64,000 bases of DNA, taken from Mytilus californianus. Its lineage: Eukaryota. Of this stretch, positions 50,243-62,100 are shown in pieces. A program made the translations under genes and the position numbers. The notes under the pieces are model-generated. The model had not been told where the DNA came from, did not search any database, and saw only the letters and a program-made list of their open reading frames with translations. The stretch spans positions 96,844,001 through 96,908,000 of the forward strand of contig NW_026262701.1 of assembly GCF_021869535.1 (NCBI RefSeq), written 5' to 3'. Position 1 is the stretch's first letter. Every line of letters starts with the position of its first letter.

Positions 50243-51859
50243 ATGGCGACATCGATTGAGAGTCATGTCGTTGATATAACTACATGTGGGATTTGTCTGG
50301 AGAAATTTAACATTCCAAAGTATTTACCATGCTTACATACATTTTGCGAACGTTGCATTCAGACGTATATATCTTCCAAATTTGAGAAAAGACATACGCA
50401 AAGTATTCATTGTCCGGTATGTAGGACCAATGTAACTTCACCGAATGAAAACTATTCTTCTGAGGAATGGGCTAAAGCATTACCGCTAAATTTTCTCATT
50501 GCTGGGTTATTACAGAGGGAAAAGGTGGAAAGTCCGCAAAAACAGTGCATGGTATGTGAACGAATGGAAAATAAATCGGATGCCATCTTCATATGTTTTG
50601 ATTGCTCTGATTTGTTGTGTGATAACTGTTGCAAACATCACAAGGCGAACAAATATACAGCGGACCATGAAATCAATCCAATTGAACAGCTTACATCAGA
50701 CATTCATTTATTAAAATCTTTTAGAAACAAATGTTCTGAACATAAGGGAAAAGACCTTGAGCTTTATTGTGTCGATCACGAGATTCCCTGTTGTTCGATG
50801 TGTGTATCGATCTATCATCGCAAGTGTGAAAAAGTTCTATCTATAGAGGATGCTGCTCGAGATTACAACGGAGCAGAGAAGGTAAAGGATTTGAGAACCC
50901 AGCTCGAAAAAGTAGAAGATGATATTAAAGACTTAATTAAAGATCGCCAGTCTGCTATGGACAAGTTAGAAAGTCAGTATAGGGGTCAGAAAAAGAAACT
51001 TGATAATGTTTTCAGTGAGCTTGTTTCTAAGATAAATGATCTCAAAGTTCGAAGAGAGACAGAACTTTTGAAAATATACGATGAGGCAAAAGAAAATATT
51101 GATATGATTAAATTGATCTTTACAAATAAAAAGAAAAATATAGAAAACGAGAAACAAATTCTTGACGCATGCACGAGTAAGGCATCCGATGTTCAAGTCA
51201 TGGTAGAAGTCAAGAGATTAAAGCGACATCTAGAGGAACATAAGAAAATTATACAAAGTAAAGCTGACGAAATCGTTGATTATAAACTTTCTTTTCAAAA
51301 TGAAAATATTTCTGATTTGCTTGTAAGAACAGAAAGTTCATGCAAAATTTCGATGGATAAGACAAAAACTGTTACAAGAACAGGATCCACAAAATTGTCA
51401 GAGATATATAGTTGTAATCGTTTAATGTTAAATGCATCTTGTTGGGATGTTAATGGAGACAACGATGCTATATGTTTTCGAGTGTCTAAAGAAATTGAAC
51501 TGTGCGGAATTCTATCTTTTGTATGTAAAGATGGCGCATCAACATGTAACCTGACTGCTTTTGTTAAAGATGATTCAGATCAAGATCTGGTTGTAGTGTC
51601 GGATACAATTGACAGTAAATTAGCCGAGAACAAACATGTCAAGGTCCATTTTCTGAAACCCGTTAAACTATTAGCTAATAAAAAGTACCATGCTATTGTA
51701 GTGATGACAGGTCCACAATGTTATTCTGGCAGAAATGGGACAACTGAAGTAGACAGCAACGGTGTACGTTTTACGTTTGAAAAATCTCAATTTGATAACA
51801 ATGGGACATCTACCACTGGAGGTCAAATTCCTGGTTTTTTGTTTAGAATTCTTCTGTAA
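50243..51859 (+). CDS. TRIM-type RING E3 ligase with uninterrupted CDS: RING-Bbox1-Bbox2-coiled coil-PHR domain, 538 aa
   Basis: C3HC4 RING (CGIC...CLHTFCERC...CPVC, 50285-50422), two Cys/His B-boxes and an E/K-rich heptad region. The C-terminus carries the PHR-type signature (DAICFRV...F.KPV.L...KKY...NGT...GGQIP.FLF). ATG in context aaaATGG; AATAAA at 52011-52016. Confidence 0.9.
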   Translation: MATSIESHVVDITTCGICLEKFNIPKYLPCLHTFCERCIQTYISSKFEKRHTQSIHCPVCRTNVTSPNENYSSEEWAKALPLNFLIAGLLQREKVESPQKQCMVCERMENKSDAIFICFDCSDLLCDNCCKHHKANKYTADHEINPIEQLTSDIHLLKSFRNKCSEHKGKDLELYCVDHEIPCCSMCVSIYHRKCEKVLSIEDAARDYNGAEKVKDLRTQLEKVEDDIKDLIKDRQSAMDKLESQYRGQKKKLDNVFSELVSKINDLKVRRETELLKIYDEAKENIDMIKLIFTNKKKNIENEKQILDACTSKASDVQVMVEVKRLKRHLEEHKKIIQSKADEIVDYKLSFQNENISDLLVRTESSCKISMDKTKTVTRTGSTKLSEIYSCNRLMLNASCWDVNGDNDAICFRVSKEIELCGILSFVCKDGASTCNLTAFVKDDSDQDLVVVSDTIDSKLAENKHVKVHFLKPVKLLANKKYHAIVVMTGPQCYSGRNGTTEVDSNGVRFTFEKSQFDNNGTSTTGGQIPGFLFRILL

Positions 51860-53054
51860 ATGTAATCTTTACTCAGAAACTTTATTATTCTTAAAAGAAA
51901 TGTAATGGTTTTTTTTTCAATGTGTGATATGACGCTGAATATAACATAGTGTATAGCCGCCTTTTGTTGATAATGTTCAACGCTTTCTACACACATAAAA
52001 CTACAAGTAGAATAAAAACGGATCAAAGTATAATGTTTAATCATGTGTGATTTAAGGTAGCTGATGTGTCTAAATTTACGACGATAGATTTTCTAAAACT
52101 TTATAAATGGCAAAATCAAAAGCGCAAACACACCAAACGAGTGGAAAACAACTGCCTTGTACCTGACTTGGTATAGGCATTTTGTTATGTAGAAAATGCT
52201 GTGTTAAACCTGGTTTTATAGCTTGCTAAACCTCTCACTTGTATAACAGTCACATACAATTCCATTATGTGGTTCTGGAACAAAGTTATCGTCCTTAGAT
52301 TTTCAATGTACAGACATAGTCCCTTGTGTCGACAGACAGTGTATTACTTGCAATTTTTGTTCATACCCCTTCCAAATTTATTTGTTCATGTTTTATGCCT
52401 CAAATAGCAAGTAAGCATTGTAGGGCGGGGTTGAAATTACACTGAAACACAAAATTTAAGTCATGAATTTAAAAGTAAAGTAGTGATTTGGTTCAGCTGA
52501 AAAGGGTTTGAAAATTAATATGGCTGAAGTGGTCAAAAGAATTGAAAGCATGAGTCTAAAATTGAGGCGGAGGAAGCCGTGTCTGTTGTTCTTTTAATTT
52601 CTAGTTCTAAAAGATATATTAATGGAATCCAAATCAGAAAAGTTTGGATTGTTAAAGGAAAGAACATTGTCAATATATCTGAAATTAAATGATCTGGCTT
52701 CTTTTACAAGTGTCTGATGGAACTCTGACTCATAAACTGTTAAAAAAAAAGACAAGACACGCATAGCTCGGATGAATTATTCAAACTGCAAAATATATTT
52801 TTTACAAAGTAAAATGAAACGGTCAATTGCATTTTAGAATTTTTACAGGTAAGTCTTTTCAAGTGCCCGTTCTTTTGATTTGGCTATCTGCCACATGAAA
52901 TTTGCGACTCGCTAAAAGTGCATGTGACCTCTTTCGCCGCCAAATTTTGTTAACGTTTTTCACTAGAATTTTGTGGTCAACTCAACTGTTACACTTTTGC
53001 GCATATAAGGACCAAGTTTGAAGATTTAATTCATCACAGCGTTAAAACGCTGCC

Positions 53055-53863
53055 ATGCCAAGGTTGGACTCTGCTATTCGAAATATCGTCATCGGTTGCC
53101 TTCAGGCTGGAGTATCCCAAAAAAAAGTAGCAAGAACTGAAAATGTTAACCAGAGCACAATTTCGCGACTGTAGAACAAATACCAGCAGACTGGCTGTAC
53201 TAAGGACCTCCCGAGGAGTGGACGACCTCGCCTAACGACTCCTTGACCAGATCGCTACAACCGGCTATTTCATCTCCAGAATCAAACCGTTACCGCAACA
53301 GACACTGCAGTTGGGAGACCAGGATTGAGAAGAATCAGCTCACAAATAGTCTGCAATCGACTGCTACAACATGGCATTAGACCCAGGAGGGCGTTACACA
53401 GTACACAGACGGAATAGAGTCCGATGGTCCAACAGATTGAGGGGCTGGATATTCCGCAACTGGCGCAGACTCTGGTTTAGTGATGAGTCCGTTTTATGCT
53501 TCAGAAATGTGATGGAAGAACTCGTGTCTACCGGCGCATGATTTTTTTTTGCTTCCTCGTGTGTCCTCACACAGTGCGTTTAACAATGGACTACCTTGAG
53601 CAGAATAACATCAATGTGCTACCTTGACCTTTCAAATCACCGGATTTGAATCTTTTTGAGCACCTATGGGACCAACTTGATAAACGTGTACGCCAGCGTC
53701 AACCCCCGCCTCAGAGTGACAGACCCTTGATCAACTCCGACAAAAGTTGCAACAGCAATGGCGAGCAATTCCACGCACCAACATTAGAACATTGATAGCA
53801 TCCATGTCGTCGAGGAGATACGAAGCAGTTTTAGCAGCGAGAGGTGGTCATACACGGTACTAA
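53055..53863 (+). pseudogene. Degenerate Tc1-family transposase
   Basis: Translates with stops and frameshifts as MPRLDSAIRNIVIGCLQAG..., LPRSGRPR, WRRLWFSDES (first catalytic D), SPDLNLFEHLWDQL (catalytic E motif) and a C-terminal GGHTRY-stop. The central part with the second D is deleted. Confidence 0.9.
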
Positions 53864-54039
53864 CTTTAATGGCACCGGAAGTAACTCTAATTGTGATAAA
53901 TTGACCTTTATTCATCAATCTCGAAGGAATTGAATGCCCTTTTCTCAATCAAACACGTTTTGAGTGAATATCTTTATTAGTAATTGAAAAATTTCCTTTC
54001 AAAATAAATGTACTACAATTCTTAAAAAATCATTTTGAG

Positions 54040-54130
54040 TATATATGAAATTAAGAAGATGTTGGCAAGGAGAGGCGCACAGTTCGTTCCCATGGGAATG
54101 CCGACAATTTGTTGAAAAAATAATTTCGTA
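54040..54130 (-). mobile_element. Penelope-like RT fragment (QQIVGIPMGTNCAPLLANIFL)
   Basis: Same motif as the larger fragment at 56380-56965. Confidence 0.65.
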
Positions 54131-55544
54131 TGGTATCCCAAAGCAATAAATTTATAGCGTATGCTACCATTTTTATACTGAAAAGCATTGTGGATTATTT
54201 CTTTTAGACGATTTTTCAATTTTACATGGAGAATAGTGGTATAAAGGGTTCAGTGAAAAATCCAAAGGTTTTGAATGAAATAATTTCAGAGAAAGATCGA
54301 GATTTAAAATTATCAAGCAGTTCTTTACAGTTTTTATGGTTAATACCACTACGCGAGTAAAGACTTCTGGTCAATGTACTTTCAAATTTCATTATAAAAA
54401 CTGGGGGTCACGGACCTTGTTTTTTTCTTGAAAATACATTGAAATTAATGAAATCACAGTTATTTCATATGGATTATGTAGGAGAAACTTAATTTTTTCC
54501 TGATTGAGGAAGCATTAAACGATAGAAATGGTTTGAATTCTATAATTGATAGGTTTACAGGTTTTAATTTCATAGATAGCTTTACACAAAATAAACTTGA
54601 TTAGGAATCTGATGTTCAGTAGTTGTCGTTTGTTGATGTGGTTCATAAGTGTTTCTCGTTTCTCGTTTTTTATATAAATTAGATCGTTGGTTTTCCCGTT
54701 TGAATGGTTTTACACTAGTAATTTTTTGGGGCCCTTTATAGCTTACTGTTCGGTGTGAGCCAAGGCTCCGTGTTGAAGACCATACTGTGACCTATAATGG
54801 TTTACTTTTATAAATTTTGACTTGGATGGAGAGTTGTCTCATTGGCACTCATACCACATCTTCTTATATCTATTGATGACCTTGCCGACTTTCCGTGGGA
54901 ATGTGTTATTTATTATAAACACTTTTTTAAGACTTTTTAAGTGTAGAAGATATCATGGTTATCCTTACTGAATTTCTGAGATTTGAACATGGGTAAGCTA
55001 CTTTTGTCTAAAAAAAAATGTACAATAAAAAATACAGGTTGAAAAAGTCAAACACTATGGACAAAAGATGCATACACCATAGAACATTTGACGTTACAAT
55101 TAAATTTTTACCAATGAAGAACTCAGATCAAAAGAACCACACGTTGATTACTAGTATAAAACAATAATCAAACGGTCGGGCAAAATATAAATCGGGTATG
55201 CATTAGAGAAATATGTTTCCATCAATTATAATGATATTCTAAGTTTGTGTTTCCTATAGGAATTTCAATGATTGCGAATTAATGTTCCCAAAGAAACTAA
55301 AGATCCATGAGTTCTTAAAGATAAATTTAAAGTCATTTTTTAGGCAGATTTACGGTCGCTATCATGACTTGAATGATCGCTGTGTACCAAATAATTACGG
55401 ATTATTTCCACGTAAAGTAAACACATTCCCGTCCTTCTTTCCTCGTTTATGACTTATCACCGAAATATTATTTATCGAAAGGGAAAAGAAAACCAGAGGG
55501 TAAAACCAGTAGGAGCTTCAGGTTGTAATTTTCTGATTTTAAAA

Positions 55545-55900
55545 TTGTCTGTTAGCGTGCCTGCCTGGAGTCCGATGTCGTGGGTTCGATCGCTGGGTAA
55601 GGCAAAAACCAATGACTTTAAGATTTGGATTGACTGTTTTTCCGCCAAAAACACGACATTCAGGAGTAAGAGATATAAGACCGATAAAAACTGGTCAACT
55701 CGTGGTCAGCAGGTCTGAATGGGTTTGCGTATCTTCCTGTGGAGTTTTACCTTGTCAACTAACCCGTTAAGATTCGATGCATTGTGTTGATCTATGTAAA
55801 AAATCCATAAATCCGTTTCCCATTAACATGTTATCATCCTGGATATGCATGGAACATTTGCTGTTGAAAGTTACACTACTATCAATTATCAATCAAGCAA
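55545..55900 (+). mobile_element. tRNA-derived SINE (Meta-domain-like), degenerate
   Basis: B-box-like GGGTTCGATC at ~55581-55590, a following gacttt..attgg..tgttttccgc..cacg.catt.aggagtaagag segment, and an (ATCA)n-like tail. The subfamily assignment is from memory. Confidence 0.5.
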
Positions 55901-56029
55901 TGAGATTTTTATCGATCCAGATGTGTCTAAAATTTGTATTATTCCAAACTTTCACCATCGTTCTGGTTTTAGACTAGGAAAAGTTACTTGTAACGATGGT
56001 TTATTTGGTAAAATGTAAAGAGACATCTA

Positions 56030-56965
56030 CAAGAGAGGCGAAAGATACCAAAGACATTCAAACTTATGAGTCGAAAATAAACTGACAACGCCATGGCAAA
56101 AAAAAAAGACTAAAAGACCAACAACGGTACATAAAACACAACATAGAAAACTAAAGACTGAGCAACACGAACCCCACCAAAAAACGGGGGAATCTCAGGT
56201 GCTCCGGAAGGATAAGCAGGTCCTGTTTTAAATGTATCACCCGTCGTGTTCCTCATGTAAATACTAACCTGGTGATAAGTCTAATTCGATAGGTCGCATT
56301 CGGTAAAAAAAGAGGGCGGGGTTGTGGTTACGACAACTGAAACATATCCGTCGTCATCTGTGAAACAGATATTTCCATAACGGTCAAGCAACTCGTGATG
56401 GCGTCCATAAAATTTACGAAGTGATGAATTCAACTTCACCACTTGGAACTCTTGGTTTTATACAATCCTTGTGAGCAGCAACTCTTTCTCAAGGAAATCA
56501 TGATAGGAAATGCAAGCCCTGGAATAACGTTTCAACTGGGAGATATATACTCCATATGCAGGCGCTGCTGGAATGTTGCTACATAGAACTGGAAAGTTCA
56601 TAATTGGTAAGCTGAAATCATCACTTTTGTCGTAAAATTTTGTTTTCAGCCCTCATTATTAACTTCTAGATGTAAGTTGGGATGTGAGGCATATTTAACT
56701 GCATCTGTTGTATCCTTTATGTCAAGTTCGATGAGAGAGGTGCGTTCATCATAGTCACCAAACTTTGAATTATTTAATGAGAGGACATCATCGATATATC
56801 GGAAAGTGAAGTTAAAGGATAATGCCAACTTCTTTTCATTCTTCCTAAGAAGTTCCTTAATGAAGTAAGAGTCATATGAATAGAGGCAAAAGTCGGGAAG
56901 AAGAGGTGCACAGTTGGTTCCCATGGGAATGCCGTTTGTTTGTTGAAAACACGTCCCCAAAACGT
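56030..56965 (-). mobile_element. 5'-truncated Penelope-like retroelement (RT C-terminal half and 3' region)
   Basis: GIPMGTNCAPLL...FRYIDDVLSLNN, then frameshifted YDK.DDF..P.NFP..CSNIPAAPAYGVYISQL.RY.RAC. The 3' segment (agaggcgaaagatacca...) also occurs alone at ~11005-11100. Confidence 0.8.
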
Positions 56966-57524
56966 AAATTACAACTTTGCCATTATACGATACCTGAACA
57001 TGAATAAGTGTATTTTACTGTTTAAGCAGTAACTAAATTCACAGGAACACCTTAATCTCTAATTCAAACGTTTTGTTTTTATTTTCTCTTCACTTATATC
57101 TGTAATATTTGTGGACTTTTTTTTAGTCAAATCACGAAGTGTTTTTCTATCGAGTTAACTTGATGAGATGATGGATTGATTTTAACATTCGGTAAATACT
57201 TTTAGTATTACCGCAGATGACATATGAATATACCAGACAGGTTGAGTAAGATCTTAATGCAAACTGTCCAAAATATTACGTGTCGGTTCCTTCCGAACTC
57301 ATTATTCTGACTCGAAGCAAAATAGTCTTCTTTATTCTTTCGCATAAATGCTGCAAGGTTTGGTGAATAAATCTCTAATGGGTGTATCTAAACACAACGA
57401 TCTCCCACACTCGAGGTGAGCATGCAAACTAGAACCTCAAAAGCAATAACACAGCTACATCTCATAGAAGGGATAAATATTATCTGAAGATGTTTGTAGA
57501 TAAAACAAATAAATCAGTACATAT

Positions 57525-57751
57525 CTAAGTTATTGTCAAAATTAACACAACCATTGAACAAGCATAAACAAGAAAATAACTATTTAACAAACAAGATGCC
57601 GTATTTTGGCCTGTTTGTTTGTCTGATAAACCTGTACTTGATTTAACATCATTTGTAGGTTTAACTTCTATCTTGATATCCAGCGTGCCTTGTTTCGTTA
57701 CCTCAGTCGTTGACACCAAGCCATTTTTCTCTGTCGCCATTTTATGATTTT
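57525..57751 (-). CDS. Single-Ig protein exon 4: T/S/K-rich stalk and hydrophobic C-terminus (GPI-signal-like)
   Basis: Acceptor TTTTTTTATCCACAG in phase 1. Ends QNTASCLLNSYFLVYACSMVVLILTIT-stop with no cytoplasmic residues. Confidence 0.8.
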
Positions 57752-59340
57752 CTGTGGATAAAAAAATACAATATTTACAATTGAATTGGATAACAGTTTT
57801 TCATCGGACGCAATGTGCTTTTCGGTAGCATACAAGCTAAACTATTCTACCTAAGAATTGAATGCTTCTTTAGGTAATATTATTGTAGTGTAAAAGCGTT
57901 GCATGAAGCACATTTTGTATGCAGCGCGAAGGCCAATCAAAATTACGGATTCTTAATGAAACATACATGTAATGTAGTTATCGAATTTTTACTGTCATAT
58001 TAATTTTTTTAAATTTTGTAGCGTTTACTTATTTTCATTTTCATAAGCCTTCTCATAAATTTCGAATATATTTTGATGTTATTTGACCGTCTGTTTAAAT
58101 GAATATAATTATGGGTCAAGGAAACAGAAACCCAACGACACACGCACACATAGAGACTTACAAAGATCTGTCATCAACTAGACATTCTATTTAGGAAGAA
58201 AACATTAAGATGTCCTAAAAAATAGAAAGGAAAAAAAAACGCTGGCGAGGTTCTTCACTAGTGTCATTGCCATCAAACCGTGGCGAATTTAAAACAGTTT
58301 ATATAACAATTTTTGTAATAAGAATTTCATTAAGGAGTATCTCGTAAGCTTAGATATATGGTTATTATCACTGTTGCCGTTGTTTTTAACTTATTACAAT
58401 GTATGTCTCTGATTTCGTTATGCTCATATGTTTTGACGAGCACATGAGTTCCGATAGATCTGAATACTCATTAGATTACAGTTGTTTGCAATCAATTTTC
58501 TATTTGAATTTGCTGTTCTTAAAGTTTTCTGTTTAAGTAAGTAAGCGAAAAACGGAATTTTACTAAGAAATCTGAAGCTATCAATTAGATCGATAACATT
58601 CGTTACTGATCCGAGGGACTTTGGGAGAAATAGTTGGTACTATATTAAGTAATGACTCATTGCGGCGTGTTATGCTCGTTGGAAAAAAAAACGTGTCAAA
58701 ATGACATAGCAAGTAGTTAATATCAAATTTAAAACATACCATACCATGCTATAATTATAACAAAATGTGTATGTTTATTCAGGTAAGGTGTCAAGATGAC
58801 CAAAATATCTGACATATCACATTCTTCATCTTTATTTTAAGCTTAATGTGTGTTTATATAAATATACTTTTTCTGATTAATTCATTACATGTTCCATGAA
58901 AACTTGTGTCGTAATATAAGTGAAAGGATAATTTTCCCCAAACGCTTAACATAAATTGCAGTAAATTTTCGTTCATAAGTTTTAAAATATCTCTAAGAAT
59001 ATACTTTTTGGGGAGAAACAAAACGATAGGATAATTTGGTTAAAATACTAGCTCAATGAGGATTGTCTTCTCTGATAACTATGGTTTGTGGTATTCCATT
59101 TGAGATGCCTCTTGTAATATTTCGTCATTTACTCACCTTTTATTGATAATTTAAATGTTCTGTCTCTCTGCCCTCGAGGACTATAAACTACTGATTTATC
59201 ATGGTGAGGCAATAGATTAGTTTGGTGATAGTAAGGCAGTCTATTTTTGATAAACTTTTAATTTTAAATGACGCATTGATATTAATCCCACAATTCATTG
59301 GCTGATACCTGTGCAGTAACCATATTTTTTTTTATCATAC

Positions 59341-59581
59341 CTTTAACATGAATAAAACCATTTTCCTTTGGCCATGCTGGGTATGCAACTCTGGGTATTC
59401 TTATAACACAACGGTACATTCCTTCATCCCCAAAATGTACAAAACGAACGGTCAATGTACTGACAGTAATGTCGCTTGTGTTTGAAGTTTCCTCAACATG
59501 ATATTTTTCATGTGATATTCCTTTTCCTAACTGTAAACCAATAGCAATACTCTTCTTACCGCTTACAAACCACCACTGGAT
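59341..59581 (-). CDS. Single-Ig protein exon 3: second half of the Ig domain (IQWWF...STLTV...GDEGMYRC)
   Basis: Acceptor TTAATTTCAG and donor G|GTATGA. 80 open codons with the C-strand Trp and DxGxYxC motif. Missed by the ORF track. Confidence 0.9.
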
Positions 59582-60231
59582 CTGAAATTAACATAATTAG
59601 TATTAAACATTCAAACGTATTCAATTTCAAGTTTTTCCTGATTTGAGATAGCATCCCATATACAAGTAGTGCTGAGAGCAATACATGATGAATGAAAAAT
59701 GTGCATCCCTGCTTCTTTTACTTTTTATTGTAAATTTATTTTTTTCTTTCTTTGAAGCTGACTGCCCCAGAGAGCACGTTAAACTTTTGTGCCTATCAAA
59801 ATTCGACAGTTTTGTTTATTTGCGTTTTCTGTGCTTCCTTAAAAAGGTGACGTAGTTTTTGATAGTTGTTAGTATGTGTAAAGTCATCTCAAAGTTGCAA
59901 TGAGTTTTTTTTTATATATCAGTATTTTTTATATTTTCCGTGGTGTTTAATTTTTTTGTTCCGGTGCCTATAAGAATATTGGCCTGCGTTTCTGTACTAC
60001 TTTTTCTATTTTACAAGAACCACTTTTCTCTCATAATTTGATAATTTATTCGACGTTGTCTAGTGCCTTTTCGTATGATACAAACTATGACTTTACTTCT
60101 TGATAGTTTTATTATAAAAATTTATTATACTACTCGTCTAAATTTTCGTTGATAACTCATGATGTTTTGTAAAGGGTAACAAAATACGAAATGGACAATA
60201 AAATTTGAAGGCTGACAATGCTAGCTTTGAG

Positions 60232-60234
<3 letters not shown>

Positions 60235-60306
<72 letters not shown>
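60235..60306. repeat. (GA)36 microsatellite in intron 2 of the single-Ig gene
   Basis: Perfect dinucleotide run. Confidence 0.95.
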
Positions 60307-60309
<3 letters not shown>

Positions 60310-60569
60310 TGCTTGTCTCACACATTAAGTAGACAAATAAATGTTAGAAAAAGTAAAGGACGATACATCCTTTTAGTTTCTATAACGTCTATAATTGTGT
60401 TTTTCTCGCAGTGTAACGTTGTATGAATTAAACGCCCGGAGTCCTGTTGAACTTTCCCCTGTACTTTTTATTCTTGAGGTAAATCGTCTATATGACTTTA
60501 CAGTTAATTGTTCACATTGCTGATATTTCCTTTTTTTTAAATTTCTGTTGAGCTTGTTTTCATACTTAC

Positions 60570-60673
60570 ATTTGAGTCTCCTCTTTTTGTCACGGTGCAG
60601 TGAAACCTAACGTCTGTCCCGGCTTCCGCTGTAATATTTTGAAGTCTTGATGCTATGTCTGGTGTAGAGTCAG
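60570..60673 (-). CDS. Single-Ig protein exon 2: first half of the Ig domain (ADSTPDIASRLQNITAEAGTDVRFHCTVTKRGDSN)
   Basis: Acceptor TTCTTGTTGTTCAG and donor AAT|GTAAGT in phase 0. B-strand Cys in VRFHC. Confidence 0.85.
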
Positions 60674-60957
60674 CTGAACAACAAGAATATTTTCCGTTGA
60701 ATATATTGAAAATACAAAATATGTACGGGGTGTTTGCTTCAACATATTGTAAGCCTGACGGTGCCAAAAGTACCAAAAATCAACATGAAATGCAGGTATA
60801 AATATTTGGTTTGATTCGAACAACGTTTAAATTAAATTTTCTAAGTGTCAATAGAAGGCTGCATTTACAAAAATATATGACAGTAACAATATCTAAAATA
60901 GCAGATTATTGAATTTTAGCTGAGCAGACGTTTCCTTGTGCTGACGATGCATTTGTC

Positions 60958-61470
60958 GTTCTGAATATGCAAGTCCACTTTTCTCAATGTTGAAGGCCGT
61001 ACGGTTGCCTATAATTGCTTATATCCACTTCATTTGAACTTGAGTGGATAGTAGTCTCATTGGCAATCATATTTCATCTCCTTATTTTTATATGGTATGT
61101 TTGCATCTTGAGTTAAGCAAACAATAATCAATCAAACAAATTATAAATAAACTGTCCCAGGTTAGGGGGAGGGTTGAGCGCTCACAAACATGTTTAACCC
61201 CGCCACATTCTTTATGTGCCTAGGAGCCTGTAGTTCAGTGGTAGTCGTTGGTTTATGTCTGTCATATTTGTTTTTTTTATAAATTAGGCCGTTAGTTTTC
61301 TCAATTGAATTGTTTCTTAACTTTCATGTCGGGGCCTTTTATAGCCGACTATACGGTATGTGTTTTTCTCATTGTTGAAGGCCGTACGGTTGCCTATAAT
61401 TGCTTACATCCACTTTATTTGAACTTTGGTGGATAGTTATCTCATTGGCAATCATACCTCATCTCCTTAT
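60958..61470 (-). repeat. Two reverse partial copies of the 39443-40095 repeat family
   Basis: ttgaaggccgtacggttgcctataattgctta..tccactt occurs at ~60990 and ~61375. Confidence 0.65.
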
Positions 61471-62051
61471 TTTTATTATGATATCATTAATGAGTTTTAT
61501 TATCTCTTAATATATTCTGTACTACCAGAGACTTTAGGAGGGGGCAGGGGTCTCGGGCTCCCCCTATGGGGCTACATATATGATAAATGCATAGACTTTT
61601 TACAAGTAACGCTCCAAAAGTTGGCTTGTCAATGCCCCCCTTTTTTCAATTTCTGCTAATCTGTTTCCATGAAACAATTCTAAGTCGTCAAGTTTCGTGT
61701 ATTGAGAACTTTGAGTCGTTTAATTTTATTGTCCAATTAAGTTTCGGTGTCATTTTGTTGTATACATTTATATCTTGAATTCAGCCCATGCATTTTAGAA
61801 CTGCATTTTTGCACTTGTGATATGAATTTGCCAATCTAACAATGGAATTATAATGTTATTAGGCTGAACTATAAAAGACGAATTATGAATAATAAGTTTA
61901 CAATACATCATTAAATGAGAAATTAACGACTTGTTACGGATTTATTTTGAAAAAAAAAACAGTAACTTTATAAAAAATGCACTTTATTTTTTGGAAAACA
62001 AATTTCTGAAATTATATAAATCTTATATACTAGTACATTAGGTATTCTTAC

Positions 62052-62100
62052 CGAATGTGGCACAAAAATATTCTAAAATTAAAATGAGACAAATCCACAT
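62052..62100 (-). CDS. Single-Ig protein exon 1: signal peptide MWICLILILEYFCATF(A)
   Basis: ATG in context accATG, hydrophobic core, donor G|GTAAGA in phase 1. Confidence 0.7.

Larger units (their letters stand above)
57525..62100 (-). other. Gene model: 4-exon single-Ig-domain, probably GPI-anchored protein, 206 aa
   Basis: Minus-strand exons 62100-62052, 60673-60570, 59581-59341 and 57751-57525 join in phases 1,0,1 to give 621 nt (207 codons including stop) with no internal stop. Confidence 0.8.

Noticed and set aside
52519-52720. ATG-initiated stretch MAEVVKRIESMSLKL... after the TRIM gene
   Set aside because: Interrupted by a stop after 25 codons and has no recognisable family.
55545-55600. 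tRNA-like B-box sequence
   Set aside because: No cloverleaf or acceptor stem; best explained as a decayed SINE head.
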